Shown here piece by piece: positions 11,150 through 25,130 of a stretch of DNA of 64,000 nt; the stretch's first letter is position 1, and every line of letters begins with the position of its first letter. Made by a program: the position numbers and the translations under genes. The notes under the pieces are model-generated. The model did no database searches and had not been told where the DNA came from. It saw only the letters and a program-made list of their open reading frames with translations. Source of the DNA: Mobula hypostoma (Eukaryota); contig NC_086108.1 in NCBI RefSeq assembly GCF_963921235.1, positions 30,754,001-30,818,000 on the forward strand, in the 5' to 3' direction.

Positions 11150-14100
11150 ATCTAGTGGATTTAAACTAGGTACAAAGGGGGTAGGGGAACCAAAGCGTAG
11201 GAACAGATGTAGGGGAGAAAGAAGAAAAAGGAGATAGTAAAGTGGTTTGCGCGGTTAGTAATAAACAGAGAGAAAGAGGTGGAAAATTTCTTAAATGCAT
11301 TTATTTTAATGCTAGGAGCATTGTAAGAAAGGTGGATGAGTTTAAAGCATGGATTGATACCTGGAAGTATGATGTGGTAGCTATTAGTGAAACATGGTTG
11401 CAGGAGGGGTGTGATTAGCAACTAAATCTTCCTGGATTTCGTTGCTTCAGGTGTGATAGAATCGGAGGGACAAGAGGGGGAGGTGTTGCATTGCTTGTCA
11501 GGGAAAATATTACAGCGGTGCTCTGGCAGGATAGATTAGAGGGCTCGTCTAGGGAGGCTATTTGGATGGAATTAAGGAATGGGAAAGGTGTAGTAACACT
11601 TATAGGGGTGTATTATAGGCCACTAAATGGGGAGCGAGAATTGGAAGAGCAAATTTGTAAGGAGATAGCAGATATTTGTAGTAAGCACAAGGTTGTGATT
11701 GTGGGAGATTTTAATTTTCCACGCATAGACTGGGAAGCCCATACTGTAAAAGGGCTGGATGGTTTGGAGTTTGTAAAATGTGTGCAGGATAGTTTTTTGC
11801 AGCAATACATAGAGGTACCAACTAGAGAAGGGGCAGTGTTGCATCTCCTGTTAGGGAATGAGATAGGTCAGGTGACGGAGGTTTCTGTTGGGGAGCACTT
11901 CGGGTCCAGTGATCACAATGCTATTAGCTTCAATATAATTATGGACCCAGGGTTGAGATTTTTGATTGGAGAAAGGCTAACTTTAAGGAGATACGAAAGG
12001 ATTTGGAAAGAGTGGATTGGGACAATTTGTTTTTATGGGAAGGAAGTAATAGAGAAATGGAGGTCATTTAAAGCTGAAATTTTGAGGGTACAGAATCTTT
12101 ATGTTCCTGTTAGATTGAAAGGAAAGGTTAAAAGTTTGAGAGAGCCATGGTTTTCAAGGGATATTGGAAACTTGGTTGAGAAAAAGAGAGATATCTACAA
12201 TTAACATAGGCAGCATGGAGTAAATGAGCTGCTCGAGGAATACAAAGAATGTATAAAGAATCTTAAGGAAGAAATTAGAAAAGCTAAAAGAAGATACAAG
12301 GCTGCTTTGGCAAGTAAGATGAAAATAAATCCAAAGGGTTTCTACAGTTATATTAATAGCAAAAGGATAGTGAGGGATAAAATTGGTCCCTTAGAGAATC
12401 AGAGTGGACAGCTATGTGTGGAACCAAAAGAGATGGGGGAGATTTTAAACAATTTCTTTTCTTTGGTATTCAATAAGGAGAAAGATATTGAATTTTGTAG
12501 GGTAAGGGAAACAGAACCAATCTTCTGTCCTTGGACTCACTTTACACTGCACACTGTCGGAGCAGTGCTGCCAGGATAATCAAGGACACGACCCACCCAG
12601 CCAACACAGTTTTTGTCCCTCTTCCCTCTGGGAGAAGGCTCAGGAGCTTGAAGACTCATACGGCCAGATTTGGGAACAGCTTCTTTCCAACTGTGATAAG
12701 ACTGCTGAACAGATCCTGACCTGGATCTGGGCCGTACCCTCCAAATATCCGGACCTGCCTCTCGGTTTTTTTTGCACTATCTTACTTTCCATTTTTCAAT
12801 TTTCTATTTATGATTTATAATTTAAATTTTTAGTATTTACTTATTTTTACCATTTTTAATATTTTTAATCCAGGGAGCGGGAAGCGCAGAATCAAATATC
12901 GCTGTGATGATTGTATGTTCTAGTATCAATTGTCTGGCGACAATAAAGTATGAAGTATAAGTATGTTGTTCCATTATTTAAAAAGGGTTCTAAGAGTAAA
13001 CCTGGCAATTATCAGCCTGTGAGTTTGATGTCAGTGGTGGGTAAATTGATGGGAAGTATTCTTAGAGATGGTGTATATAATTATCTGGATAGACGGTGTC
13101 TGATTAGGAACAGTCAACATGGATTTGTGCATGGAAGGTCATGTTTGACAAATCTTATTGAATTTTTTGAAGAGGTTATGAGGAAAGTTGACGAGGGTAA
13201 AGCGGTGGATGTTGTCGATATGGACTTCAGTAAGGCCTTTGGCAAGGTTCCACATGGACGGTGAGTTAGAAAGGTTCAACCGTTAGGTATTAATATTGAA
13301 GTAGTAAAATGGATTCAGCAGTGGCTGGATGGGAGACGCCAGAGAGTAGTGGTGGATAACTGTTTATCAGATTGGAGGCAGGTGACTAGTGGTGTGCCTC
13401 AGGGATCTGTACTGGGTCCAATGTTGTTTGTCATATACATTAATGATCTGGGTGATGGGGTGGTAAATTGGATTAGTAAGTATGCAGATGATACTAAGAT
13501 AGGTGGAGTTGTGGATAATTAAGTAGGTTTTCAAAGCTTGCAGAGAGATTTAGGCCAGTTAGGAGAGTGAAAGATGGCAGATGGAGTTTAATGCTGATAA
13601 ATGTGAGGTGCTACATTTTGGAAGGACTAATCAAAATAGGACATATATGGTAAATGGTAGGGCATTGAAGAATGCAGTAGAACAGAGGGATCTAGGAATA
13701 ATGGTGCATAGTTCCCTGAAGGTGGACTCTCATGTAGATAGGGTGATGAAGAAAGCTTTTGGTATGCTGGCCTTTATAAATCAGAGCATTGATTTATAGG
13801 AGTTGGGATGTAATATTAAAATTGAACAAGGCATTGGTAAGGCCAAAATTGGAGTATTGTGTACAGTTCTGGTCACCAAATTATAGGAAAGATGTCAACA
13901 AAATAGAGTAAGTACAGAGAAGATTTACTAGAATGTTACCTGAGTTTCATCACCTAAGTTACAGAGAAAGGTTGAATAAGTTGGGTCTTTATTCTTTGGA
14001 GCATAGAAGGTTGAGGGGGGACTTGATAGAGGTATTTAAAATTATGAGTGGGATAGATAGAGTTGACGTGGATAGGTTTTTTCCATTGAGAGTAGGGGAG

Positions 14101-14403
14101 ATTTAAAAGAGAGGACATGAGTTGAGAGTTAAAGGGCAAAAGTTTAGGGGTAACATGAGGGTGATCTTCTTTATTCAGAGAGTGTTAGCTGTGTGGAACG
14201 AGCTTCCAGCAGAAGTGGATGAGGCAGGTTCGATGTTGTCATTTAAAGTTAAGTTGGACAGCTGTATGGACAGGAAAGGAATGGAGGGTTCTGGGCTGAG
14301 TGCAGATCGGTGGGACTAGGTGAGAGTAAACATTCAGCATGGACTAGAAGGGCCGAGATGGCCTGTTTCTGTGCTGTAATTGTTATATGGTTATATGGTT
14401 ATA
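11150..14403 (+). mobile_element. CR1 LINE (ORF1 end to 3' tail), frameshifted
   Basis: APE motifs GVYYRP, VGDFNFP, SDHN; RT motifs QHGF..GRSCLTNL, DFSKAF; tail (atatggtt)n. Confidence 0.95.
12513..12964 (+). mobile_element. Rex1/Babar-type LINE 3' fragment nested in CR1
   Basis: AARIIKDTTHPANTVFVPLPSGRRLRSLK..T.R..NSFFP resembles the C-terminus of the 25359-26495 ORF; ends aataaagtatgaagtataagtat. Confidence 0.85.
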
Positions 14404-15485
14404 AGTATCCTGCTATTAATTGTGTAATTTCCCTTTGCTTTTGCTCTCCCAAAGGACAGCATTACACAGTAGCCCAGATTAAACTATATTACAACACAGC
14501 AGATGTCACATTATTACATGCCTTTTTCAGCTCCATTTGCAATCTCAACCACTCATCTTGGCTACTATTTGGAGGCCTATATATGATTCCCATAATGTTT
14601 TCTTTTTACCCTTGCAGTTTCTTAATTTTGAGACCCTATGTCTCCTCTTTCTGAAGATGCAATCTCATCTCTTACCAACAGGACCATGCTACTGCAGTTT
14701 TTAAACTCTACCCACAAAGATTATATCATAATACAGCAGATGTCCCATTACAGGACCGTGCATAACCCCACTGGTGGTGGATTTCCAGACAGAATTATGT
14801 TCCAAGCACAATACACCCTGAATTTTAAGGGTAAGCCAATTCTGAATCAAAATGGCGCATTCACCATACATTGTAATTTGATTATATACTTCGAGCAGGT
14901 AACAGAGCTGAGGTGACAAGGGCAGAATGGGTGACAAAATCTATGTGGACTTTAGCAAAGGTTTTTATCAAGGTCTCAGTTGTGCAAAAAGAAGATACCC
15001 AAATACCCCTGGAATTCTGAATGAGAGTGGCAAAACAAGTTGCTCAGTAGAGGAAGCAAAGAATGAATGAAGCATAAAAAGATAGAGGCAAGAGAAGACC
15101 ATTTCAGATTGTAGTCATTCAACGCAGTCATGGCTCATCCTTTATCTTAACTCTATTCCTGTTCTCCACTTGGTGTCTAAAAATCTATCTACAAACGTTT
15201 GTATATGCTCCTTATATATTCAGTGACATGCCCTCTGTGGTATGTGTATACCAGCCACTGAATGAGATATGTCTCCTTGTCACAGTCTTGAATGACTTGC
15301 CCTGCATCCTGAGACTGTGGCACTGCATCCTAAACATTTCCTGCAGCCAGGAGAATCACTGACCTTGTATCTAAGGCACTGATAAGCCTCAGCAAGGTTC
15401 CCACCTCATTGCTCCTCATACAACCATTTCACTATCAAAGGAATCAGTCAAGTAATCCTTCATTGCACTCCCTCTCTGACAAATA

Positions 15486-16051
15486 CACTTAGTGACCACT
15501 TTATTAGGTACACCAGTACACCTATTTGTTAATGCAAATACCTAAATCAGCCAATCATGTGGCAGCAACACAATAAAGAAAAGCATGCAGACATGGTTAA
15601 GAAGTTCAGCTGTTGTTCAGACCAAACATCAGAATGGGGAAGAAATGTAATCTAAGAGAGTTTGACTGTGGAATGATTGCTGGTGCCAAACGGGCTGGTT
15701 TGAGTGTTTCCGTAACTGGTGACCTCCTGGGATCTTAACACATAACAGGCTCTAAAGTTTACAAAGAATGAAACAAAAAACGAAAGGCGTCAAGTGGGTG
15801 GCAGTTCTGTGGGCAGAAATGCCTTGTGGTCAGAGGAGAATGGCCAGACTGGTTCAAGCTGACAGGAAGTCAGCAGTAACTCAAATAAGCACGTGTTACA
15901 ACGGGGGTGTCCAGAAGGCCAACTCTGAATGTACAACACATTGAACCTTGAAGTGGGTGGGTTACAGCAGCAGAAGACCATGAGCATACATTCAATGACC
16001 ACTTTATTAGGTAGAGGACATACTTGCACCTAATGCAGTGACCACTCAGTG
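15486..16051 (+). mobile_element. Non-autonomous Tc1-like DNA transposon
   Basis: TIRs cacttagtgaccactttattagg / cctaatgcagtgaccactcagtg flanked by TA (15484-85, 16052-53); extra internal TIR copy at ~15990. Confidence 0.85.
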
Positions 16052-16344
16052 TATATCCTTCCTTTGACAAAGGGGTGCAAACTGCAAACAATATCCCAAG
16101 TGCTTTCTCCAAGGCCCTGTACAATTGTAGTAAGATATCCTTGTTTCCAAACACAAAACAACTTGTCAATATACCATATGCTTTCTCATCTGATTTTTGT
16201 ATTCTGTGACCGAATTGTGGTCAAACCTGGACTTTACCTTTTAGCTTCCCCTATCTAAATCATTGATCGTTTTGTGAATAGCTGGGATCCAAGCACTGAT
16301 CTCTGTGGTACTTTAGTTTTCTAAAGGTCTACTGTCCTAAGAAA

Positions 16345-16500
16345 AAAAGTGGGAACCAGTCAGCAGGTCAGGCAGCATCCATGAAAATTGGAAGAATATT
16401 CATATTTCACGTTGAAGCCCTGTCATCATAACTTAAACATTACCTCTGTTTCTCTTTTAAGAACTGTTGCCTGACCTCGTGTGCATTTCCAGAATTTTAT
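16345..16500. mobile_element. Degenerate Penelope-derived palindromic element
   Basis: cagcaggtcaggcagcatc / gttgcctgacctc inverted arms. Confidence 0.6.
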
Positions 16501-16824
16501 GCTTTTTACTAGTTTTCATAAACCCTTTTGTGTTTGTCCAATTCTATTATAAAGGTTGAACAAAAAGTTAAGGTTTTCAAAGTATAACTCATGAAATGTG
16601 GAAGAAATCCAGTTCCCCCAATATTTTGTAAGATGCTCCAGATCCCAGCATCTGCATTCTCTTGAGAATTTACAATTTTCAAAGTGTCTTATTATTTTGA
16701 TGTTTATAAGGGATTCCATTTTCCAAGCTGCTGATATTTTAACAATTGTGTTCTCTCTCTATCCTTTCTTAAGAAATGGGATTACGTTTGCCATGCTCCA
16801 ATCTGCAATAACAATTCCATAATG

Positions 16825-17413
16825 CATTCAAGCTTGGAAGATGGCCCAGCATACTGATGCAATTACAAAGAAGGCAAGCAGTGGCTATTTTTATTTAGGG
16901 GTTTGTGAAGACTTAGTATGTCACCAAATACTCTCCCAGATTTACTGTGAAGAGCATTCTAACTGTTCGCATCACTGTCTGGTATGGAGGGGCCACTGCA
17001 CACCATCAGAAAAAGCTGAAAGCTCAGACAGCTCCATCATGGGCGAGGGGGCAAGAGCCACCCCAGCACCGAGGACTCCTTCAAAAGGCCTTGCCTCAAA
17101 AAGGTGGCACCCATCACTGAGGACCACCATCACCTGGAAAATGCCCTTTTCTCAATGCTACCAGCAGGGAGGATGTACGACAGCGTAAAGAGACATGCTG
17201 AGCATTTTGGGTACAGCCTTTTCCCCTCCACCATCAGATTTCTGAATGGACAATAAACCCTTTTTTTTTGCTCTCTTTTTTTATTACTTGTTTAATTTAA
17301 TGTTGAAACATATTTCTTATTGTAATTTATAGTTTTTTATTATGTGTTGCAATGTACTACTGTTGCAAAATAACAAACATATGCCAGTGATATTAAACCT
17401 GATTCTGATTCTG
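16825..17413 (+). mobile_element. Rex1/Babar-type LINE 3' fragment
   Basis: Homologous to the RT C-terminus of the 25.1-26.7 kb element; tail gatattaaacctgattctgattctga. Confidence 0.75.
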
Positions 17414-18827
17414 AAGGTGGCATAAATTATTTCCACTGCTTCCACTCCTACACACTGGGATGATTGGATTTAATAATTTTCAACTTATATTTTGGTATTA
17501 ATTTGTATTAATCAAAACTTTTTTCAGTAACGCTAATTTCCTTTAACTTCCCCTTTTCATTTGACTGCTAGAGCATTTGATTTCAGGATGAACCACAGTG
17601 TTGATTGGTGTTTCTCTTTATAGAAACCTATTACCACAAGACTTAGTAATTTCTTCTTGTAATATGTATTAGTGAAGTAGAACTAAACATAGGTGCTTAA
17701 TAAAGAAGTTTACAGATGAATGTATGGTCGAAAGTGAGAAGGAAACCTTTTGAAATTTACAGAAACAAGTCATTTCATCCCCATTAAAACTCATTCCTCT
17801 CACCTTAAACTTATTCCTTCATGTTTTTGATACCTTTTGCCAAAAAGATTCAAATTACCCTTATCAGTTGAAGCAAAATAAGGAGAAATAAAGAACCAAT
17901 GGAGTTTGCATCCATGGATTCTCAAAGGTAGTAGGACAAGTCAATTGACTGGTAAAAAAGGAAAAGGACATGGAATGTTTTCCTTCATTAGCCAAGTTTA
18001 GAATATAAGAGAAGGATGATCATTCTGAAACTGTGTACTTCACCACCTAGATCAAAGCTTAAGTTCAGTTTATAGTTTATAGTTATACAACATCAAAGGA
18101 AGTATGGAGAGGGTGCAGGCCAGATTTACCAAGAGTACCCCAGAATGGAAAATTGTAACTATAAGGAAACACAAGAAATCTTTCAGATGCTGGAAATCCA
18201 GAATAACAAAAAATATTAGGAAAGATTGGAAAAGCTAAGGCTGTTTTCTTTGGAATAGAGCAGACATGGGGTGAGGGTCACCTTAGTAGGTTGTGTAGGA
18301 TCAAGTGTGCTATGGACAGAGTAAATAGCAACTATTTGTTTCATGAAATGGAGGGGTCAAAAGCAAGTGGAATACATTTAAGCTATCTGGTGGAAGGATA
18401 AGTGCAGAAATAAGGAAAAGTTATAAATAAGTAAATAAGTTATAAATAAGGAGGTTTTCCCAGAAGGCTGTCTATTCCAGTACTATGGGATTCTGATGTG
18501 ACTGATGATGCCAAAAGTAGAAAGTATAGACCTGTCCACGAATGGGACACGAGGCCTGACAGGGCAGGAAAGTAAGGAATTTGTGGGCTGATGCCCACCT
18601 CCTGTACCTAGATGCATGGACCCAAGACTCTCAATACCACACCAAATGTTCCTCCTCCTCCTCCACTTTGAGTGGTGCACGAGGGATTGCTGGGAAACAG
18701 TTGGGATATTGCATTCTCTAATAGTCATTTTCAGCACAGGCTTCAGATTTTTCCTCTGTAACACTACCTCATGATTTTTTCTTCCTGTCTTTGGGTCCTA
18801 ATTATTTAATTAATTGTGTATTAATTG

Positions 18828-21797
18828 TAACCATATAACCATATAACAATTACAGCACGGAAACAGGCCATCTTGGCCCTTCTAGTCCGTGCTGAACTCT
18901 TACTCTCACCTAGTCCCACCGACCTGCAGTCAGCCCAGAACCCTCCATTCCTTTCCTGTCCATATACCTATCCAATTTTACTTTAAATGACAATACCGAG
19001 CCTGCCTCCATCACTTCTGCTGGAAGCCCGTTCCACACAGCTACCACACTTGGAATAAAGAAGTTCCCCTTTGTGTTACCCCTAAACTTTTGCCCATTAA
19101 CTCTCAACTCATGTCCTCTTGTTTGAATCTCACCTACTCTCAATGGAAAAAGCCTATCCACGTCAACTCTGTCTATCCCCCTCATAATTTTAAATACCTA
19201 TATCAATTCCCCCCTCAACCTTCTACACTCCAAAGAATAAAGACCCAACTTGTTCAACCTTTCTCTGTAATTTAGGTGCTGAAACCGAGGTAACATTCTA
19301 GTAAATCTTCTTTGTACTCTCTCTATTTTGTTGACATCTTTCCTATAATTTGGTGACCAGAACTGTACGCAATACTCCAAATTTAGCCTTACCAATGCCT
19401 TGTACAATTATAACATTACATCCCAACTCTTATACTCAATGCTCTGATTTATAAAAGCCAGCATACCAAAAGCTTTCTTCACCACCCTATCCACATGAGA
19501 TTCCACCTTCAGGGAACTATGCACCATCATTGCTAGATCCCTCTGTTCCACTGCATTCTTCAATGCCTACCATTTACCATTTTTGTCCTATTTTGATTAG
19601 TCCTTCCAAAATGTGACATCTCACACTTATCAGCATTAAACTCCATTTGCCATCTTTCATCCCACTCTTCTAACTGGCCTAAATCTCTCTGCAAGCTTTG
19701 AAAGCCTACTTCATTTTCCACAACACCACCTATCTTAGTATCATCTGCATACTTACTAATCCAATTTACCATCCCATCATCCAGATCATTTATGTATATG
19801 ACAAACAATATTGGACCCAGTACAGATCCCTGAGGCACACTACTAGTCACCGGCCTCCAATCTGACAAACAGTTATCCACCACTACTCCCTGGCGTCTCC
19901 CATCCAGCCACTGTTGAATCCATTTTACTACTTCAATATTAATACCTAACGATTGAACCTTCCATGTGGGGCCTTGTCAAAGGCCTTACTGAAGTCCATA
20001 TAGACAACATCCACTGTTTTACTTGTCAACTTTCCTAGTAAACTCTTCAAAAAATTCAATAAGATTTGTCAAACATCACCTTCCATGCACAAATCCATGT
20101 TGACTGTTCCTAATCGGGCCCTGTCTATCTAGATAATTATATATACCATCTCTAAGAATACTTTCCATTAATTTACCCACCACTGATGTCAAACTTACAG
20201 GCCGATAATTGCTAGGTTTACTCTTAGAACCCTTTTTAAACAATCAAACCACATGAGCAATACACCAATCCTCCGGCACCATCCCCGTTTCTAATGACGT
20301 TTGAAATATTTCTGTCAGAGCCCCTGCTATTTCTACACTAACTTCCATCAAGGTCCTAGGGAGTATCCTGTCAGGACTCGGAGACTTATCCACTTTTATA
20401 TTACTTAAAAGCACCAATATTTCCTCTTCTTTAATCATCATAGTTCCCATAACTTCCCTACTTGTTTTCCTTACCTTACACAATTCAATATCCTTCTCCT
20501 TAGTGAATACTGAAGAAAAGAAATTGTTCAGAATCTCCTCCATCTCTTTTGGTTCCACACATGGCTGTCCACTCTGATTCTCTATGGGACCAATTTTATC
20601 CCTCACTATCCTTCTGCTATTAATATAACTGTAGAAACCCTTTGGATTTATTTTCACCTTACTTGCCAAAGCAACTTTGTATCTTCTTTAGCTTTTCTAA
20701 TTTCTTTCTTAAGATTCTTTTTACATTCTATATATTCCTCGAGCACCTCATTTACTCCATACTGCCTATATTTATTGTAGATATCTCTCTCTCTTTCCGA
20801 ACCAAGTTTCCAATATCCCTTGAAAACCATGGTCTTTCAAACGTTTAACCTTTCCTTTCAACCTAACAGGAACATAAAGATTCTGTACCCTCAAAATTTC
20901 ACCTTTAAATGGCCTCCATTTCTCTATTACATCCTTCCCATAAAACAATTTATTCCAATCCACTCCTTCTAAATCTTTTTGCATCTCCTTAAAGTTAGCC
21001 TTTCTCCAATCAAAAATCTCAACCCTGGGTCCAGACCTATCCTTCTCCATAATTATATTGAATCTAATGGTATTGTGATCACTGGACCCAAAATGCCTCT
21101 CAACACAAACCTCTGTCACCTGACCTATCTCATTCCCTAACAGGAGATCCAACACTGCACCTTCTCTCGTTGGTACCTCTATGTATTGCTGCAAAAAACT
21201 ATCCTGCACACATTTTACAAACTCCAAACCATCCAGCCCTTTTACAGTATGGGCTTCCCAGTCTATGTGTGGAAAATTAAAATCTCCCACAATCACAACC
21301 TTGTACTTACTACAAATATCTGCTATCTCCTTACAAATTTGCTCCTCCAATTTTCGCTCCTCATTTGGTGGCCTATAATACACCCCTATAAGTGTTACTA
21401 CACCTTTCCCATTCCTCAATTCCACCCAAATAGCCTCCCTAGACGAGCTCTCTAATCTATCCTGCCTGAGCACCGCTGTAATATATTCTCTGACAAGCAA
21501 TGCAACACTTTCCCCTCTTGTCTTTCTGATTCTATCACACCTGAAGCAATGAAATCCAGGAATATTTAGCTGCTAATCACACCCCTCCTGCAACCATGTT
21601 TCACTAATAGCTACAACATCATACTTCCAGGTATCAATCCATGCTCTAAGCTCATCTACCTTTCTTACAATGTTCCTAGCGTTAAAATAAATGCATTTAA
21701 GAAATTTTCCACCTTTTACTCTCTGTTTATCACTAATAGTGCAAACAACTTTACTATCTCCTTCTCCCCTACATCTGTTCCTACACTCTGGTTCCCC
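18828..21797 (-). mobile_element. CR1 LINE, same subfamily as 11150-14403, inverted
   Basis: Near-identical peptides (NARNIVRKVDEL, GVYYRPP, SVPQGSVLGP, KYADDTK); tail taaccatataaccatataac. Confidence 0.95.
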
Positions 21798-22499
21798 TAT
21801 AAAATTATAGTTTATAGTTTTTATTATGATGTATTGCAATGTACTGCCTGCCACAATACGACAAACCTCATGACATATGCCAGTGATATTAAACCTGATT
21901 TTATTTCTGACCTTTTCCCATGACAGTCAGATGCTCTCATCACATTTTAATAGCCCACATAGGTATCTTTGAGAAAATGTGACACGCAAGGATTACCTAT
22001 CTAGGACTAAAGGGTTAGCAGGGACTTTTTAAATAAGATGGATGGAATGACCTCCTTCTGTGCCATAAATCTGTGATTTACTGTAGTGTGGACAAAGACC
22101 ATATTAATTGAAAAAATAAAACAACTTCTATTCATGTTGTATTTCACAAGGCAGGATTTTCCAAGATGTTAGAGTATTTATTGCAGAAGATGTGGTATGC
22201 AATTAGTGCACAATAAGATCTATCAGAGTTTGCTACTGCACTGGCATGTGCCTAAAAGACAGGCAGATTTCAATCAGACATTTCATCTGATGGGTTGTGT
22301 CTGACATTGCGTAACTGGAATGTCAACGTAGATCCAATGAATGAAAATAATGGATGCAGATGCACTGTTGAGCTGTTATTGTGTTCACATAAATTGAAAT
22401 AATTTTGATCTGGCCTTGCTTTCTCATGAGTCTTCTTGTCTCCTCTTAAAGATTAGACTGGAACATTGTGAAATCATAAGTGGATGTTCCTATTGTTCT

Positions 22500-23470
22500 T
22501 TGTTAGGTGTCAATGTAAAGGATCACAAGAGACCGCAGAGGTTTCTAAACTCAGCCAACTCCATCATGAGCAGAACCCCCGTCCCACCATTGACCACATT
22601 TTCAAGAGGCAGTGCCTCAAGAAGGTCCATAATTAAGGGCCTTCACTATAAGGGACACACCCTCTTCTTATTCCTAGAAGGAGATGTAGGAAACTGAAGA
22701 CCAACACACAATGATTCAGAAACAGTTTCTTCCACTCCACCAGCTAATTCAAAGTTCAAAGTAAAATTTATTATCAGAGTCACCACATACAACACTGAGA
22801 TTCTTTTTCTGTGGGCATACTTAGCAAATCTATAGAATAGTAACTGTAAACAGGATCAATAGACAACAAACTGTGCAAATGCAGATATTAATAATAGTAA
22901 TAAATAACGAGTATGAAATAAGAACATAAAAGAGTCCTTAACTGAGTATAGTTTCCTCTTTTGATCAAGATCCTGATGGTTGAGGGGTAGTAACATGTAC
23001 CTTCTACCAGATCAACACTCACAACACGCTGGAGGAATTCAGCAGGTCGGGCAGCATCCGTGGAAACGTTGACTGATGGTTTCCACAGATGCTGCCCGAC
23101 CTGCTGAGTTCCTCCAGCGTGTTGAGAGTGTTGCTTTGACCCCAGCATCTGCAGAGTATTTTGTGTTTATCTTCTACCAGATGGCAGGAGATGGGTTAGT
23201 AAGGATCTTTGATGATGGATGCTGCTTTTCTTTGGCAATGTTTCATGTGGATGTGCTCAGTGGTTGGGAGGGTTTTACCATATGATTTCTTCACAGTCTA
23301 TGAACTCATGACACCAAATTGTTATGTCTTTTTATTTGCACTATTTATTCAGTTTTGTAATTTATGATCATTTTATGTCTTTGTTCTGTACTGCTGCTGC
23401 AAAACAACAATTACCACGTGTCACATAAGTAAGTGATAACACATCTGTTTCTGCTTCTCATTCTGATCCC
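22500..23470. mobile_element. Nested Rex1-type 3' fragments (plus-strand copy with a minus-strand copy inside)
   Basis: Plus-strand 3' fragment at 22500-22740 and 23285-23470; minus-strand copy starts with tail ttcaaagttcaaagtaaaatttattatc. Confidence 0.6.
23013..23170. mobile_element. Penelope-derived hairpin element with 12-bp TSD
   Basis: TSD cttctaccagat at 23001-23012 and 23171-23182; ~55-bp near-perfect inverted arms around gttgactgatg. Confidence 0.88.
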
Positions 23471-25130
23471 GGTGCTTTCCATTATCCTCGCTCTCTTCAC
23501 CAGTTGGACTATTTTCAATCTTCTCCAGGTCAAGGAAATTGAAATCACCAGAAACATTATTAGTTTAATCTTTAGTCCAATTATTAAGTATCATAAAAAC
23601 CTCACTCTCAACAATTTAAATAAATTATACCACGATTATGACTGAGCTAACTATTTGAACCTAAAAAGTAATTTTTTGAATACATTTTAATTGACTTCCA
23701 TGAGTATATGTATTTTAAAATATACAGTCATTGAGTCATAGAAGAGTACAGCACAGAATCAGGCCCTTCAGCCCATCTAGTTTGTGCTGAACCATTTAAG
23801 CTGCCTACTCCCATCGATCTGCACTGGGACCTGCTCCGAGACATAGCCCCCCATACCCATACCATCCATTAACCTATCCATACATCTCTTAAATGCTTGC
23901 GTCCACCACTTGTGCTTGTAGCTTGTTCCACATTGTCGTGACCCTCTCAGTGAAGAAGTTTCTCCTCGTGTTTCTTAAAACGTTGCACCTTTCACCCTTA
24001 ACCCACAACCTCTAGTTGTAACCCATGATCTCAATGGAAGAAGCTTGCTTGGATTTACCCTAACTATACTCCTTATAGTTTTGGATATCGATATCAAATC
24101 TCTCTAACTTCTATGTTCCAAGGAATAAAGTCCTAACCTATTTAATCTTTCCATATAAGTCAGGTGTTCCAGACTTTGCAACATTCTTGTAGATTTTCTT
24201 TGTATTTATTTACATATACACTATTTGCATCCTTCCTGTAGGTAGGTGACCAAGCCTGCACACAATACTCCAAATTAGGCCTCATCAATATTTTATACAA
24301 CTTCAACATAGCATCCCCTCTCCTGTACTCAATACTTTGATTAATGAAGGCCAATGTTCCAAAAGTTTTCTTTACGACCCTATCTCCCTGTGATGCCCCT
24401 TTCAATGAATTATGGACCTGCATTCCCAGATCCCTTTGTTTTACCATACTCCTCAGTGCCAAATCATTCACTGTATAACACCTACCCTGGTTGGTCCTAC
24501 CGAAGAGCAAAACCTTGCACTTGTCTGCATTAAACTCCATCTGCTATTTTTCAGCCCATCTTTCAAGCTATTCCAAATCCCGCTGCATGCTATGATGGCC
24601 TTTCTTGCTGTCCACTACATTCCCAAACTTGGTGTCATCTGAACATTTTCTGATCCAGTTAACCACATTATCATCCAGATTGTTGATATAGATGACAAAC
24701 AACAATGTACCCAGAAATGATCTCTGCAGCACTCCACTAGTTATGGGCCTCTAGTCAAAGAGGCAACCATCTACTACTACTCTCTGGCTTCTCCCACGAA
24801 GACGATGTTTAATCCAATTTACTACCTCATCTTGAATGCCAAACATCTGAACCTTATTGATCAGCTTCTCTTGTTGGATATTGTCAAATGCCTTGCCAAG
24901 GTCCATACGGACGACATCCACTTTCCTGGTAACTTTCTCAAAAAACTTTATAAGACTGGTTAGACAAAACCATGCTGACTATCCTTAATCAGTCCATGTA
25001 TATCCAAATATTTATATATCTGGACCCTCAGAATACCTTCCAATAACTTTCCCACGACTGATGTCTTGCTCACCAACCAGTAATTTCCTGGTTTATTTTT
25101 ACAGCCTTTCTTGAACAACAGAACAATATT

